64,000 bases of DNA from the human T2T-CHM13v2.0 reference genome, Homo sapiens. Shown one piece after another: positions 45,441 to 61,959 of this stretch. The translations under genes were made by a program, and so were the position numbers. Positions within the stretch are counted from its first letter, which is position 1. Every line of letters begins with the position of its first letter. The notes below the pieces were generated by a model that saw only the letters and a program-made list of their open reading frames with translations, did no database searches and was not told the origin of the DNA. Location of the stretch: NCBI RefSeq assembly GCF_009914755.1, contig NC_060939.1; one strand, written 5' to 3'.

Positions 45441-46257
45441 ATCATGAATATATTACCATGTTCAATCTGCAGGCCTCTGTCTCAGAGAGAGGGGAGTTGT
45501 AAGGGAAAGGGCACAGTTTTAAAAGACAGGTGCATTTCTAAGGGGGCTGGTGCTCTCTAAACTCAATGGATGTCTAGCGCTGGCTTTCTCTGCTTGGCAT
45601 TTCAGGGATTTCTCTGAGTCCTGCCCGCCCCATGGGGAACTTCAGCTGCAATGCCTCTGGCATGGTGATGTCATGACTCCAGCTAGCCATCTGGCCTTCT
45701 CTGCCAGACCCTCTCTGTTTGCTCCCATTCCTCAGAGGGCAGATTCCTTATCCTCTTCCCTCTTGCCCTTTGATAAGCTCATTTGTCCTTTTCCACTGTC
45801 AATAAGACAGCACTTTCTCTCTCCTGTCCACTCTCCTGTGAGGCAGGTCCGATCACTGTGATTTACCTTTAGATTTTTCAGGTATGCCATAAAGACTCCC
45901 CAGTTCTGAGGAGTCATAAAGCTCCATAAGTGGGCCTCTTCAAGCCCCTCTCACTTGGTTTGAGCACCTACCTATACTCCCATCTTCAAAGGTATCTTTC
46001 CTTCTTCCAGGCCTCTCCAATTTGTGTCCTTTCAGCAGCTGGGCCTGGGGATGGTCAGTGCTGGCAGAACTAGTTTTCAAAGCCTTAGCTTGTCCAGTGG
46101 AGGCAAGGTGGTTTGGCATCTTGTTTAGGAATGGGAAACATTTGGTAGCTTGTTCTTGGTCTCTAGAGTCTCAGCTAAAGCTAAGGTGGAGATAGTCCCA
46201 TTTTAATATCCTGTTACACATTTTTCTAGACCATTACTTATTTTGTCTGTTTTCTAA

Positions 46258-46656
<399 letters not shown>

Positions 46657-47277
46657 ATATGGGCCTTTTCTATTTCTTTTTTGATCAAACTTGCCAGGGA
46701 TTTGATTGTTAGTGTTTTCAGAGAACATTAAAAATTCTCTTTTGTTTCTTTGTATTCTAATTAATTAAATTTTCTTTCTTCTTTTTTACTCTCTGTCAAA
46801 TAAATCATACATACAAAAGAGTGCATGAAAAGTATGTGTGTGCATGACAAATAATAATAAAATGGACAAGCATGTATCCATGGCTGAGTTTAAGAAATTG
46901 AGAGCCAGGATGTTGGAAGCCTCAAATGCATTACCCGTCTCACCCCAGTGCAGCCACTGTCCTGTCTGTTGTGTTAGCCATACCTTTTCTTTTTAGAAAC
47001 ATGTTTCACTTGTGTATGTATTGCTAAACAATAGTCCATTTTAGCATTTTTTAAAAAGAGTCCCAGGTGACCAAAGTGCAATTAATCAAAATCCTTACTT
47101 CATGGCATAATCTCATATTTGACCTACAAATGGACCCCCTTCTCTCTCCTCCCTTCCCTTCTTTCTTCTATCCATTTTTGTTCCCTTTCATATTTCTTCT
47201 TTTAATGTGATAAATACCTGTGAAGCTGGCATCTAACAAAAGCCAGTCCCTTCATAATAGCACATATTAAACTATAA

Positions 47278-47661
<384 letters not shown>

Positions 47662-47689
47662 TAGTTTTTTAAACTTTATTAAGAAGATA

Positions 47690-48610
47690 TGCTCTATGTC
47701 ATCTTTGGAAATTTCTTTTTTCTTAATATTATCAAAGATATATCCACATTGTCAAGTTTACTATAATTAACTTTTTATTGTAGTAAAATATGCATAACAT
47801 AAAATTTGCCATTCTGACCATTTTTAAGTGTATAATTATGTGTCATTAAGTACATTCACATTCTTGTGCTACCATCACCACCATCCATTTCAGAACTTAT
47901 TTCATCTTCTCAAACAGAAACTCCAATCAATGTGTTTTGACTGTCGTACATAGTGAGAACACACCAGTTTATTTATTCTCCTGCTGATGAACAATAATTG
48001 GTGTTTCCAGGGTTTCGCTATTGTGAACTGTGCTGCTGTGATTATTCTGGTAATGTCTACTGCTGAACATGTGTTCATTGTTGAGTTTTAGGTATCTAAA
48101 TGTTCAGCTGTAGGAGATAAAGTCACACGGTTTAAACAAAGTGGTTGTACCAATTGACACTCCCACCTGCACTGTGAAAGAGACACCATGAATCCACATC
48201 GTCACCAACACTTGGCTTCAACTGCTTGAAATTCTGCCAAATGCATGTAGAATGGCATCTCTTAGTGGCCTTGACTTGCATTTCTCTGATTCCTAGGGAT
48301 GTTAAACATCTTTTCATATGTTTATTGGCTTTGTATGTTTTTTCTTCTGCAACTTACTTTTTAATGTCTTTGTCCATTTTTTTCTCTTGCATTGTTTGTG
48401 CTTTTCCTAACAAGTTGTGAGTTATTTCTGTGTTGCTCATTCTAATCTTTTGGCATTTTTATGTATCACAAATAGATTTCTCCAGTCTGTAACTTGTATT
48501 TTTTATTTTTCAAAGCGTATTTTGATAAATAAAAGTTCTTAACTTTAACATAATTCTCAATCTTTTTAAATAATGTATTTAGATGTCTTGTTTAAGAAAT
48601 ATTTTTCTCA
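47690..48610 (-). mobile_element. Old L1M fragments
   Basis: CATAACATAAAATTTGCCATT..CATTAAGTACATTCACATT and AAAGTGGTTGTACCAAT..TTGCATTTCTCTGAT blocks. Confidence 0.75.
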
Positions 48611-48644
48611 TCAATGTTGAAAATATTTATTTATTTATATTTTC

Positions 48645-48944
48645 CCTTCCCTTCCCTTTCCTTCCTTCCTTCCTTCCTTCCTTCTTTCCTTCTTTCCTTT
48701 TTTCTTCTTTTTTTGAGACAGAGTCTTGCTCTGTTGCCCAGGCAAACTCCTGGGCTTAAACAATCCTCCTGCCTCAGCCTCCCAAGCATCTGGGACTACA
48801 AGTGTGTACCACCATGCCTGGCTGATTTTTTTTTTATTTTTAGTAGAGACTGGGTCTCGTTATGGTACGTAGGCTGATCTTGATCTCCTGGCCTCAAGTG
48901 ACCCTCTGGCCTTGGCCTCCAAAAGTTCTAGGATTACAGGCATG
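48645..48944 (-). mobile_element. Deleted AluJ with (TTCC)n tail
   Basis: TTCC repeat followed by Alu blocks. Confidence 0.8.
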
Positions 48945-50475
48945 ATTTCCAATGTCAATGATGCTGTCTTCTGTTGCACCCTGGGATTCCACATGCAAAG
49001 TCTCCTAATTTCTTCCCCTTATTGGCAAGGGTCTACTATGGCATATTCCCTCCAGTGGGGCACGAAAGAGCCAGCACTTGCTTCTCCCCTATCCCATTCC
49101 CCAGGGGAAAGGGGTCCTAGTCTCATTGGAGCAGGGGCTACAGAAGGGTCCTCAGCAGGCATCCTGGTGAGGAAACAAGGCAGAATCAGCCCCCTGGGCT
49201 GCACCCCAGCACTGTGGAGCTCTGGGGCACCTTCCACACAGACTGTAGCACCAAATGGCACCACAGGAGTTGTGCAACACAGCAGCCTTCTTATTGACCT
49301 TTAGTTTGGGTGTCTCGTCCTGGTCCCCTTACTCAGCTTGAAATAATATGCAATTGGAATGTCCCTGTTTCTTACAGTAGAATAAATGAGAGAGTGTGAA
49401 TAACCAGAAACCATCAGATCTCTACTTCCTGCCTGTGCCTTGTGCTGTTGCCTGCTGGGTTTCAAAAGAAGTAAAGCCATGAGCACCTTTGTTCCAACCA
49501 AACTCAGAATAGAAAGCAGATTGGCCCCTGGAGTCCTCTCCAGAGAATGCTTATGGCTCCAATAAGCATAGTTGGAGGGCCACCGCAGCAACCCTGCTGC
49601 CCCCATGCCCTCTCCCTACCTCCTCATGGCCTTACTAGGAGGACCCCAAGCCCTCTTGTCCTTTCCCCTGCAGATGGTTAACCGAGAAATGGACCTTGAC
49701 CAAGGCCTTTTCACCTATATGTAACAGGATTCTACTCAAACTGGCTTCAGCAAAAAAGGGGAGTTTATTGGAAAAATAAAGGGGTGGGTTACAGCACACA
49801 AGGATTTCACAAGGCCCAGAGCCAAGTGAACCCAGGCAGCCTCTCTCTGTGACTCTGTCTCTGCATTTCTGTTTCTGTCTCTCTGTCTTTGTCTTCCTCT
49901 GACTCAGACTTTCTCTCTCTCACATTTGGACCATCTGACCCCATCAGCATGAGGCCCCAGGTGCAGCTTGAATAAATGTTGCTGGTTGCTGGGGGCAGAT
50001 CCCATCTCAGAGAAGTGTCTCTACATTTTTTCTGCCTTCTGGAGTCCACATTCTAGACCAGAGACAATCGACATGTTTGTACTGCAAACCTGAGGCTGAG
50101 GCCATCAAGGAGGGCTGCTTACTCTTGTGGGTAACGGGCAATTCTCTGTGTCCTGCCTGCTAACCCCACCCCTGCCTTTCCTGTGAGAAAGAGGGGGGAG
50201 CACATGGGATTAAGATGACATAATTACAGGTCTAACTTGAATCCATTCTGATTTCTACAATTCAACAAGCCACTCCCAGACTTTGACATCTTATCGTCAG
50301 TAGCGAATTATTTGCTCCACACTTCACAACTGATCACTACACACCACACCTTGCCTGTGAATTTTCCTTCCATGTGTCTGAAGGTTCAGTATGACTGAAG
50401 GATGGGAGGTTGGGTCCCAGCTCTGGCCTATACATATTGAAGCGTTGTATATTTTAAATCACACATGGATGAGCC

Positions 50476-50625
50476 GTGTGTGTGCGCGCGCGTGTCTGTA
50501 TGTACGTGTGTGTGTGTGCATGTGGATGTGTGTGTGTGCGTGTGTGTGTGCGTGTGGACGTGTGTGTGTGCATATGCGTGTGTGTGTGCATGTGTCTGTG
50601 TGTGCGCATCGCATGTGTGTGTGTT
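50476..50625. repeat. Compound (TG/CG/CA)n alternating purine-pyrimidine tract
   Basis: ~150 bp, including GCGCGCGCG. Confidence 0.92.
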
Positions 50626-52338
50626 TGCATTGCCAGACTGCCTGGAAGAGTTTTGGTGGATCAGTCCCTTGACCTCTGACAACTTCTCTGGGTGCAGATG
50701 GAGGGCAGGTGCCGGGACATTGGAGCAGAAGGAACCAATTATAGTTTTTTTCCCTCCTTCTCCTCCTTCAAGGAAACTCACTTTTAATTTCCTTTGTGAT
50801 TATCCTGCTTATTGCCAAACATAAGCTGCTGGCCGGCTCCCCTTTGATTCTTTCTTTCAGTAAGTCCCCTGATATGTCCTTTCTGCCCTTCTCCACCTCC
50901 TTTCATTTTTTTACGGTTTTATATTTAGTCCCAGACAGTTGAGAAAATATGCAATGCATGCAACCATGCAGGTCTCATCGCTTGTTTGGGGTTGATTTTG
51001 GGCACTGGGTCAGCATCCTGCTGTTGAGGCAATGGGACCCCTTGGGATATCAGAGAGTGAGGCCTGAGAATTAACAGGCGCAACGCTCATGTCAAGGTCT
51101 GGGGATGGAGCAGACCCTGTGTTTAAAAGTTTGTATCAAAGTATCCTAAGAAGTCCTCTGATCCTTCCATCCCACCTTGCGCATCCTGTTGTAGTGACTG
51201 AGACCGTTGTTGATTCATTCAACAAGTACTTCCTGAGCCCTGCAATGTGTCAAACCTGTAGCTGGTGCTGAGTAAATGCCATGGCCCCCATTCTCAAGCA
51301 GCCTTCCTCCTTTTTAATTGCAAAGCCTAAAGAGAGGGTTACCCGCACCCTCATTATGACCTGATTAGTTTTCCAGATTTCTGGCTGCTGCTCAGTAGAG
51401 CACAGCCTTGGACGGGGGGTGGGTGGGGTAGGCAGGGGCAATAGCAAGTTCTAAGGACCCGGTCAGGGATGAGAGGTCTGGAGCGCATGCATGAAGAAGG
51501 GCTGGGAAATCAGGAGGCAGCATGAGAGTGCAAGGCCCCCGGCAGGGTGTGGGGTCCCTGGAGTTAGAGAAAATTGAGGCAGAAAAGGCCTTGGAGATAA
51601 TTGAGTTGATCTCTTTCATTTTCACCATGAAGACAGCTGGGCTGAGGGCCAGCCCTTCTGGTGAGAGGTGAGAAGCCCTTCCTTGCCCCTGCACTCTGGG
51701 TGTTACTTGCTAAAGTCCTTTCCTGTCTCATGTAGCTGGCATCTTCCTTTGTTCACAGACCTCAATTACGTTTAGCCCTACAGCGGGGAGCGTTGTGAGC
51801 AGAAAGGTCAGTCACATGGTGCCCCGTCTATGCTGACTTGATGGCCCTGCTGCTCTGTCGGAAAGCTTCCCAGGCTCCTGGGCTCGGAATGAGCTGAGGC
51901 ATGGAATTCCACCTGGGCTCCAGGTCACTGTGCTCTCATCGCTTAGATGACTCAACCTCTAGGACAAAGGTGGCTCCCATTGCCGTGGGGAGAAGCTTGT
52001 TCTTGGGGGGCTTGACCCAGAACCCTTCAGAGCGGAGCCTGGTCTGGAGTGAGAGCTCAGTGCCCCACTGAGCTCACTGGAGCACAATGGGCTATTTTTA
52101 GGGCCTGCCTCTCCTGTTGCTGTCAAACATGCTGGCTGACCGTTTGCATCTGACGCTGTGAGCTGGCGGCCTAAGCAGCTTGTCGAGCCCCTGTTGCTTC
52201 CCAAAACCCACTGCCCTAGTTCTGCCTGTCATCTTTCTTTTGTTCTGCCTGCTTTGTCATCGGTGCTGGCACTGTTTCTCCGGGAGCTGGAGAGATGAGG
52301 TCTCAGCAAATATCATCAAGGTAGCAGCTTCCTATAGC

Positions 52339-52808
52339 AGTGCATTAATTTCCTGGGGCTGTTGTAACTAAGTACCACTAGCTGGGATGGGTTAAAACAA
52401 CAGAAATGTATTCTCTCACAGTTCTGAAGGCTGGAAGCCAGAGATGGAGGTGTGGGCAGGGCCATGCTGTCTTGGAAGGATCTAGGGAAGAACCGGTTGC
52501 ATTCATTCTCATAGCTTCTGGGATTTGCTGGTCATCTGCACTGCTCCTTGGCTTGAGGCCACAGCACTTCCATCTTGGCCTCTGTCCTCACATGGCCATC
52601 TTCTGCTAGGGATCTGTGTCTTTCAAGTCTCCTCTTACAAGGACACCAGTCATACTGGATTAAGGACCCACCCTGCTCCAGCATGACCTTATCTTAACTT
52701 AACTAATGGCATGTACAAAGGCCCTACTTCTAAATAAGATCACATTCTGGGGTACTGGGGTTAAGGTGTTCAACATATCATTTTGGAGGACACAATTCAA
52801 CCCGTAAC
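52339..52808 (-). mobile_element. MLT1 (MaLR) solo LTR
   Basis: TAAAACAACAGAAATGTATTCTCTCACAGTTCTG..AAGGACACCAGTCATACTGGATTAAGG..GGACACAATTCAACCCGTAACA. Confidence 0.88.
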
Positions 52809-52909
52809 AAGCAGATTCCCACTGAGTGGATGGTGAGAGCATGGGTGGATGTTCCACCCCCAGGGTGTATGAACCCACCTGTTATCCACATTCCCATGGC
52901 CAAAACTCA

Positions 52910-53310
<401 letters not shown>

Positions 53311-53553
53311 GTCTCAGAGCAAGAGATGCCACTGTCTCAATGATCTCACATGCCTGAAAGGGTGAAGCTATCTATATGTTTGCTGAGACCACTCCTGCTT
53401 TTGGAACTTGGATGGGATTGAAAGGAAGCCTGTATACCTGAGTGGCTTCAGCCTGGGAGACATTTATACAATATGACAGACTAGGCTAATTACTAATGAT
53501 CATGTATGTTCTTTTGATGTAAAGGGTCCACGTTAAAAAACCAAGGGGTGACC

Positions 53554-54626
<1,073 letters not shown>

Positions 54627-55506
54627 AAAAAAGAAAAAAAAAGGAAAAGAACAAAAGAAAAAAATACATAGTTATGAACACAGACTTAGGCATAAAGTGA
54701 ATGTGCTGGAGCTGCTGCTGCCCCCTGCAGGTCCCTCTACCGGGAAAGGTGATTGGAGTTCTGGGGGGTTTTGGAGGGGACCCTTGGGGCAGTGGCTATT
54801 TACTACCTGGTGTGGAAGCATTTTAAGATTTTAATGCTGAATGTGGCTGTACTGACATATGCATGGTAGCTGCACCTCCACGCTGGGTGCTGTGATGAAA
54901 GCGCCCTGCACTCAACCAAGGCACCCCCTGTAAGGGCAGCTCCTCCGTGCTTCCCATGCTGGCTTGTCCTCAGCTGAAGGTAGGCCAGAGGCGCTGTGTG
55001 GGCCGGGTGTGGTGGCTTCAGCCACCGTGGCAGCTGACGGAGATGGAGGCCGCCTGGGATGGGCCTATGGGTTTTTTATACTAGGGGGAGGTAGGTCTGC
55101 AGCAGAATCTCTGAGGAAAAAAAATTTTTTTTCCAGGAAATTAACAGAACAGAACTGTATTGCAAACATGATGAAGGGAGGCAGGAAGCTCTTTGTAAGT
55201 CAGAAAGAACCGGGACTTGGATGTATTAGAAGGGAATCCAGGTAGGCTGCTGTTTCCCAGCCTGCCTAGCAGCTAGTAGGGGGCAGGTGAGAGGAGAGAG
55301 GTAAAGAGAATGAAAGTCCAGCTTAGACTCATTTGATGTTAGAGTTGGAAGAGTCTCACCTCCACGTGGACAAACTGAGGCCCAGAAAGGCAAAGTGGCT
55401 TGCTTCACATCATGTAGCTTCCTATTTTATAGGCTCATTTGGGTTTTATATGTGAGTTCTTCTTTATAAAGTGGTTATGTGGAAGGATTTTTTTTTTTTT
55501 TTTTGA

Positions 55507-55825
<319 letters not shown>

Positions 55826-56328
55826 AGCTAGAAAATGTGCACACACACACACAAAATCTTTAGGGTTGTGGTTGCCTTTAAGCTCTTCTAGGTTTGATTT
55901 GATTCAATATTAGATCAATAGTGACATACTCCAGGAAACTCAAAAAATACAGTAAGGACAAGAAAGAGGGAAGGATGACTCTTGTGTTTATCAGGCACCT
56001 GCTATGCTCAGCCCCATGCCATTGATTGAGCAAATATCTAGGAAAAGGCATCACCCCTCAAGTTTAGTTAGTCCAAAACACACTTGGCAAATAAACAGCC
56101 CCTAAATCATGTGTTGAAGACCAGGAATGCTGTAAAGATTCTAGAGAGGAAGGGATCAAGATGGACTGGGATGGTCAGGGAAGGAAGGTGCTCTTGAGTT
56201 GGCTCCTGGGACTTAACGAGATGGCGCAGATCAGAGGCAAGTTGTTTCAGTGTGGAATGGGGGTGGAGGAGAGGAATAACATCTATCGGGCACTTGCTGT
56301 ATGCCATTAACAAGTGGTTTCAATTAAT

Positions 56329-56635
56329 TTTCACAGTAACCCCAGTATCTCCCTTTTATAGATGAAGGATTGAAGTCATGACAGGCTAAGCTCTTGTCCC
56401 CACAGCTTGATTGAGGAGCTGAGATTCAAACCCCCGTCTAACCCCAGGGTCCTAGTCCTCACCCCTCCCTTTCCCCACTCCCCCAAACCATTTAGATCCA
56501 AATCTCCTGACTGTTTCTTAAATTAATGTTCTGTTAGCATCTTGGGCTCATTGTACATGTTTCTTAGAGGACACAGCTGGGTGACAGGACAAGGCTATGT
56601 GTGCTTGTGTGGGTGTCTGTGAAAGAGGAAGACAA
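56329..56635 (+). repeat. Dispersed direct duplication, copy A (partner 60149-60453)
   Basis: Collinear, roughly 80% identical to 60149-60453 by eye. Confidence 0.9.
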
Positions 56636-57424
56636 TTTTAAAATTACTGTTTCATTACATATGTCTCAGCATTGGTTAACTAATTTTTGCCAGGACCATC
56701 ATTGATCAAGCAAATAAATTCAAAAGCCATTTGAGGGGGGAAGAAAAGAGGAAGACAATTCTGTTGGTTTCTAGCTGTTTGGCTTTGGATAAGCCATTTA
56801 TCTTTCCTGGGCCTTAATTTCAATCTCTGAACAATCTGTTTCATTGTCCCTGCACAGAGTGTTTGGTGAGGTTTGGATGAGGTCACAGATGACCACATGC
56901 CTTGTTCATCACAGGGTGCTGTGTACACTGCCAATGTGCTGGTGGGCCCCAAAGGCCAGTGAGCTGTTGAATATCATTGGAAGGAAAATGGAAAGAACGT
57001 AGAAAACATCACCCCCACGCTGTGTAAAACTGGGTGTCCCTCAGGAATGCCTAGTGCAGTTGGTGTCATCATCTCTTAAAAAACACAGGGTACAGATGGC
57101 AGGTCGTGGAGGGCAGCTGGATGCATGCTTGGAACCTGGTGCTGCAGAGTGAGGGCCTCCCCAGTACCCAGGACATGAGCTCCTGTGATGTGGCAAGCTC
57201 CTTGAAGCATGCTCCTGGCCCTCTACTAGCTCCTGAAATGCTCTGCCTGACCTCCCAGCCTTGAAGCTTTGTGTGGTGGTAAATGTTACAACTAAACGGA
57301 AGATCTGCTTTCTACGGGGAGAGACAAGCTGTTGGATTTGTACAGTGCTTAATTATTCAGTCTTTTTGGTGATAAAGGACACAGGGCCCTGAAACTTTCT
57401 GCAGAAAATGGGAGCTTATGGTGA

Positions 57425-57795
<371 letters not shown>

Positions 57796-58670
57796 AGAAG
57801 CTGCGTTTATGCCCGTAATCCCTTTGTCCCTTGAAATACTCCTGCAAGTGGGCGTTATCATCCCCATTTCACAGTGAAAGAAACTCAGGCATGGCGATGT
57901 GAAGCAATTTTCTCAAGGCTAGTTACGTGGTCTAGCACACGGCACCAAATATGTGCTTTTTGAATAATATTATACCTGTTTTTTTTTGTTTGATAGTGAT
58001 TTTACCATGAGGAAACTGAGTCACAGAGGAATCCTATCCCAACCACCATAGTTCAACTGAATGGGCAGAGTGTGGAGGCTGTTGGTCCTAGCCTGAACTT
58101 GAGATGGTCAATGTTAGTCGTAGATCTTGCTTTTCCCTGCACAACCCCCGGTTGCTAAGCCCCATATGACGTAGAAGCCGTCCTGGAATGCCAGACTGAT
58201 ACCCTTGATTGCCGCGGTGATCTTGGTCTCTGGCTGAGACATGTCAGTTTCAGCCTCCATTAGAAGCCTGAGCACCATTGCAGTCCTCCTATTTATACTT
58301 AAAACTTGGAGACCCAGGCAGGGTATGTCTCCTTTCCACCACCTTTGAAAGAACTCTGTCCTTAGACTCCTGGTTTTTCACCCTCGCCTGACCCGCTCTG
58401 GCTCCAAGGCATCTTGTTAGATTTAATTGGTCAGCAGGCAATATTGATTGCCATGGAGACCTCTGAAATGAAGTTAGGAATCTGTACTCATTTATGTTGG
58501 CTGATAAAAGGCCGACATAAATTGTGTGTTTCTCTTTTGTTTCTTGATGTAATAAAATATATATTAAAAAGAGAAAGCATCATGGCCAGTGAGATGAAAG
58601 CTTTGTCAGGGTGCCTGGGGCAGGTATGTTACAGGCTTGCCCCAGCCCCAGCCCCCAGCCTTCTTCTCTA

Positions 58671-58955
58671 TTTTTTTTTTTTTTTTTTTTTTTTGAGATG
58701 GGGGCTCACTCCCACCCAGGCTGGAGTGTAGTGCTCGGTTCACTGCAGCCTCTGCCTCCTGGGCTCAAGCTATCCTCCCACTTCAGCCTCCTGATTAGGC
58801 GCACGTCACCACACCAGGGTAACATTTGTATTTTTAGTAGAGACAGAGTTTCGCTATGTTGGCCAGCCTAGTCATAAACTCTTGACCTCAGGTGATCTGC
58901 CTGCCTTGGCCTGCCAAAGTGCTGAGATTACAGGAGTGAGACACGGCGCCCGGCC
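58671..58955 (-). mobile_element. Alu (degenerate)
   Basis: Alu blocks in reverse complement. Confidence 0.85.
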
Positions 58956-59351
58956 TCTTCTCATCTTTTCTGGTCTTCAGCACAAGTGTTCAAGTCTACC
59001 AATCATTCAACAAGTGTTTATTAAATGCTTAGTGGCTAAAGCCTGGGAAACTAAGCCTCCTGAAATGGGTCCTGGCCTCAAGGAGCTGACATTCTGGGTC
59101 CTTGAGGAAACAAGGTGCAGAACAATTGACAATCAGGTTAAGTGCTAAGTGGGGTGGAGGGGTTTGGGTGGTGAGGGAGCAGCCTGGCTGTGGCAGATGA
59201 GAAAAGGCTTAGCCCAGGGTCTTGAGTACATGAGAGGGGGCTCATAGAATGAGCTTGTATTTTGATCTATTCAATTTTAGTTTTGAATTCCAACTCTATT
59301 TCTTGTTAGCTATAAGACCATGAATAAATCACTCAACCTCAACCTCTCTGA

Positions 59352-59651
<300 letters not shown>

Positions 59652-59806
59652 CTGAGTGTTAGTTTTCTCATCTATTTCTATTTAATCTATAATCATGTCT
59701 GCCTCTTGGGGTTGTAATGTGAATTTAAGTGAAATCATGAATGTGACATCATTTTGTACACACAAGCTTAAGAAACTTAATAAACAGTTTCTTTCCCATC
59801 CTTCCC

Positions 59807-60545
59807 TGTATCAGTTATGATCAGGCTTTGCTGTGAGTAACAAACCCCAAAATATCAGTGGCTTAAGCAAGATAGACAGAAATGTATTTCTCTCTCACGT
59901 GAAAGATGGCAGGTATGTGGTGCAGGACTGGTGCTCTGTGGTGTTAGAAACTCCAGCTCCCTCTAGTTTTTTGTTCTGTGTTCATGGTCTCTATTCCCAA
60001 GATTATGTTATAATCCAAGGCGGCACCCCTAGCATCTCTGCATTGCAATTGGTAGAAAGGAGAAAGTTATACCTTTTCCTGTTAAGGATACATTCTGGAA
60101 GTTGCACATACTACTTCTATCATAGGGCCTCTTCCAGCCCATTACCTCTTCACAGCAACCCCATTTTCTTCCTTTTAAAGTGAAGGATTGAGGTCAGGAC
60201 AGGCTAGCTCTTGTCCCCACAGCTTGATTGAGGACCTGAGATTTGAACCCTAGTCTAATCCCAGGGTCCTCACACCCACCTCTCCCCCACTCCCCTCAAG
60301 CCATTTAGATCCAAATCTTCTGTTTCTTAAATCAGCTTTCTGTTAGCATCCAGAATATCTTGGGCTCATTGCAGATGTTTCTTAGAGGACACAGTAGGGT
60401 GATGGAACAAAGCTATGTGTGCACGTGTGGGTGTCTATGAAAGAGAAAGACAAGCAAGGGAGGCTGGAAAATACAACCTCTTACCCAGGTGGCCCAGCTA
60501 AAACATGGGGTGCGGTTACTTTAGAAACAGGGGGAATTGGATATT
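59807..60545 (-). mobile_element. MLT1J-like LTR interrupted by duplicated segment
   Basis: TGTATCAGTTA..GTAACAAACCCCAAAATATCAGTGGCTTAA..GAAGTTGCACATAC, then after the insert GCAAGGGAGGCTGGAAAAT..CCCAGCTAAAA. Confidence 0.7.
60149..60453 (+). repeat. Dispersed direct duplication, copy B
   Basis: Collinear with 56329-56635. Confidence 0.9.
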
Positions 60546-60672
60546 TCCTTACCACCTTCTCTTTCCTTGACAAAGGCTTTTTGGAGGCAGTAGAACACGA
60601 ACTGGGGGTTGAAGGATAATAGGATTCAGTTACCACTACTACCACTACTAATGGTGGCTGAATTATTTATAT

Positions 60673-61131
60673 GGGTCTGCATAAAAATTACCCCAAAATG
60701 TAGCGGTTTAAAACAGCAATGAACATTTATTATCTCATACAGTTTCTGTGGGTTGGGAATTCAGAGCTCAGGCATGGCTGAGCTGTGTGGTCTGGCTCAG
60801 GGTGTCTCATGAGGTTGTAGTGAGGATGTCAGCCAGGGCTGCTGTCTCACAAGGTTCAGCTTGGACTGGGGCATCCTTTTCCAAGATGGATTGTTCACAC
60901 AGCTCACAAGTTGGCGACAGTCATTGGCAGGAGGCCTCAGTTCCTTCCCACATAGGTCTCTCTGCAGGCTCCTGTGGCAATATCCCTTATGACCTAGTGT
61001 CAGGGGTCACACACCATCACTTCCTGCACACTCCATTTGTTAGAAGTGAGGCACCAAGTCTGTCCCACATTTGAGGGTAGAGGAATTAGGCTCTATCTTT
61101 TCAAAGGAGCAGTGTCAAAAAAACCACCACA
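60673..61131 (-). mobile_element. MLT1F-like LTR
   Basis: TTACCCCAAAA..TTTATTATCTCATACAGTTTCTGTGGGT..GGCTCAGGGTGTCTCATGAGGTTG..AAACCACCACA. Confidence 0.8.
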
Positions 61132-61959
61132 GTGGCTAACATTTTTTGAACATTTACAGTAATGGCTGATATTATGCTAAACATTTTATATGCATTGTCT
61201 TAATGATGTCTCACAACAACCCACGAAGTGGGTACTGTTCTTATTTCCTTTATTGCACTGAAGAAACCAAAGCCCAAAGGCAAAAAGCACCTTGCCCAAA
61301 CCCACTGTTTTGTTAAACAGCCGAGCTGAGATGTGAACACAGGCAGGCTGACTCAGGAACTTAACCACTAGGCCATTGTGGAGCAGGCGGGGAGATGTTG
61401 GGGAGAGTCAGAGCTGAGACAGAATGACAGGGCAGATAGAGGCACAGTGAGAAACAGCTAACACTCTGTGCCTCCTAGACAGTGTATCGACTGGGCTGGA
61501 CTTAATGTGCAGTGGTCTGTCTTCAAAAGTGAGCATGATGAAGAATAAGTGAGAAAAAAAAAGGTTATTTTACCAGGCTGGGGTCAGGTTACTGCTTTTC
61601 CCTCCTGCTTTTGGCTTTGATTTTGGGCTCTAGAATGTCAGGAAAGCATTTTACAGAAAGCTGTCCTCTACTCTTGTTTTCCTTCCTAGTAACATGGAAA
61701 TCAACCTAAAAATCAAGTCTTTTATGGGGGAAGCGTTCTTGTTTCAACTTATCTCCATTTTATGGATAGGGAAAGGAGACCAAGAAAGCAAAAGTGGTAA
61801 CTGCAGTAACTTAGAGGCAGAGCTAAGACTAGAGCCCAAATCCCCTACCCCGCAGCCCTGGAGAATGATGAGCTAGTGAGAAGGAGAGAAGAAGAGCAAA
61901 AGGTGGGAGAGAGACCCGGACTCAAAAGTCATCAGTAAGTAAAGTCAGGGGAATCAAAA

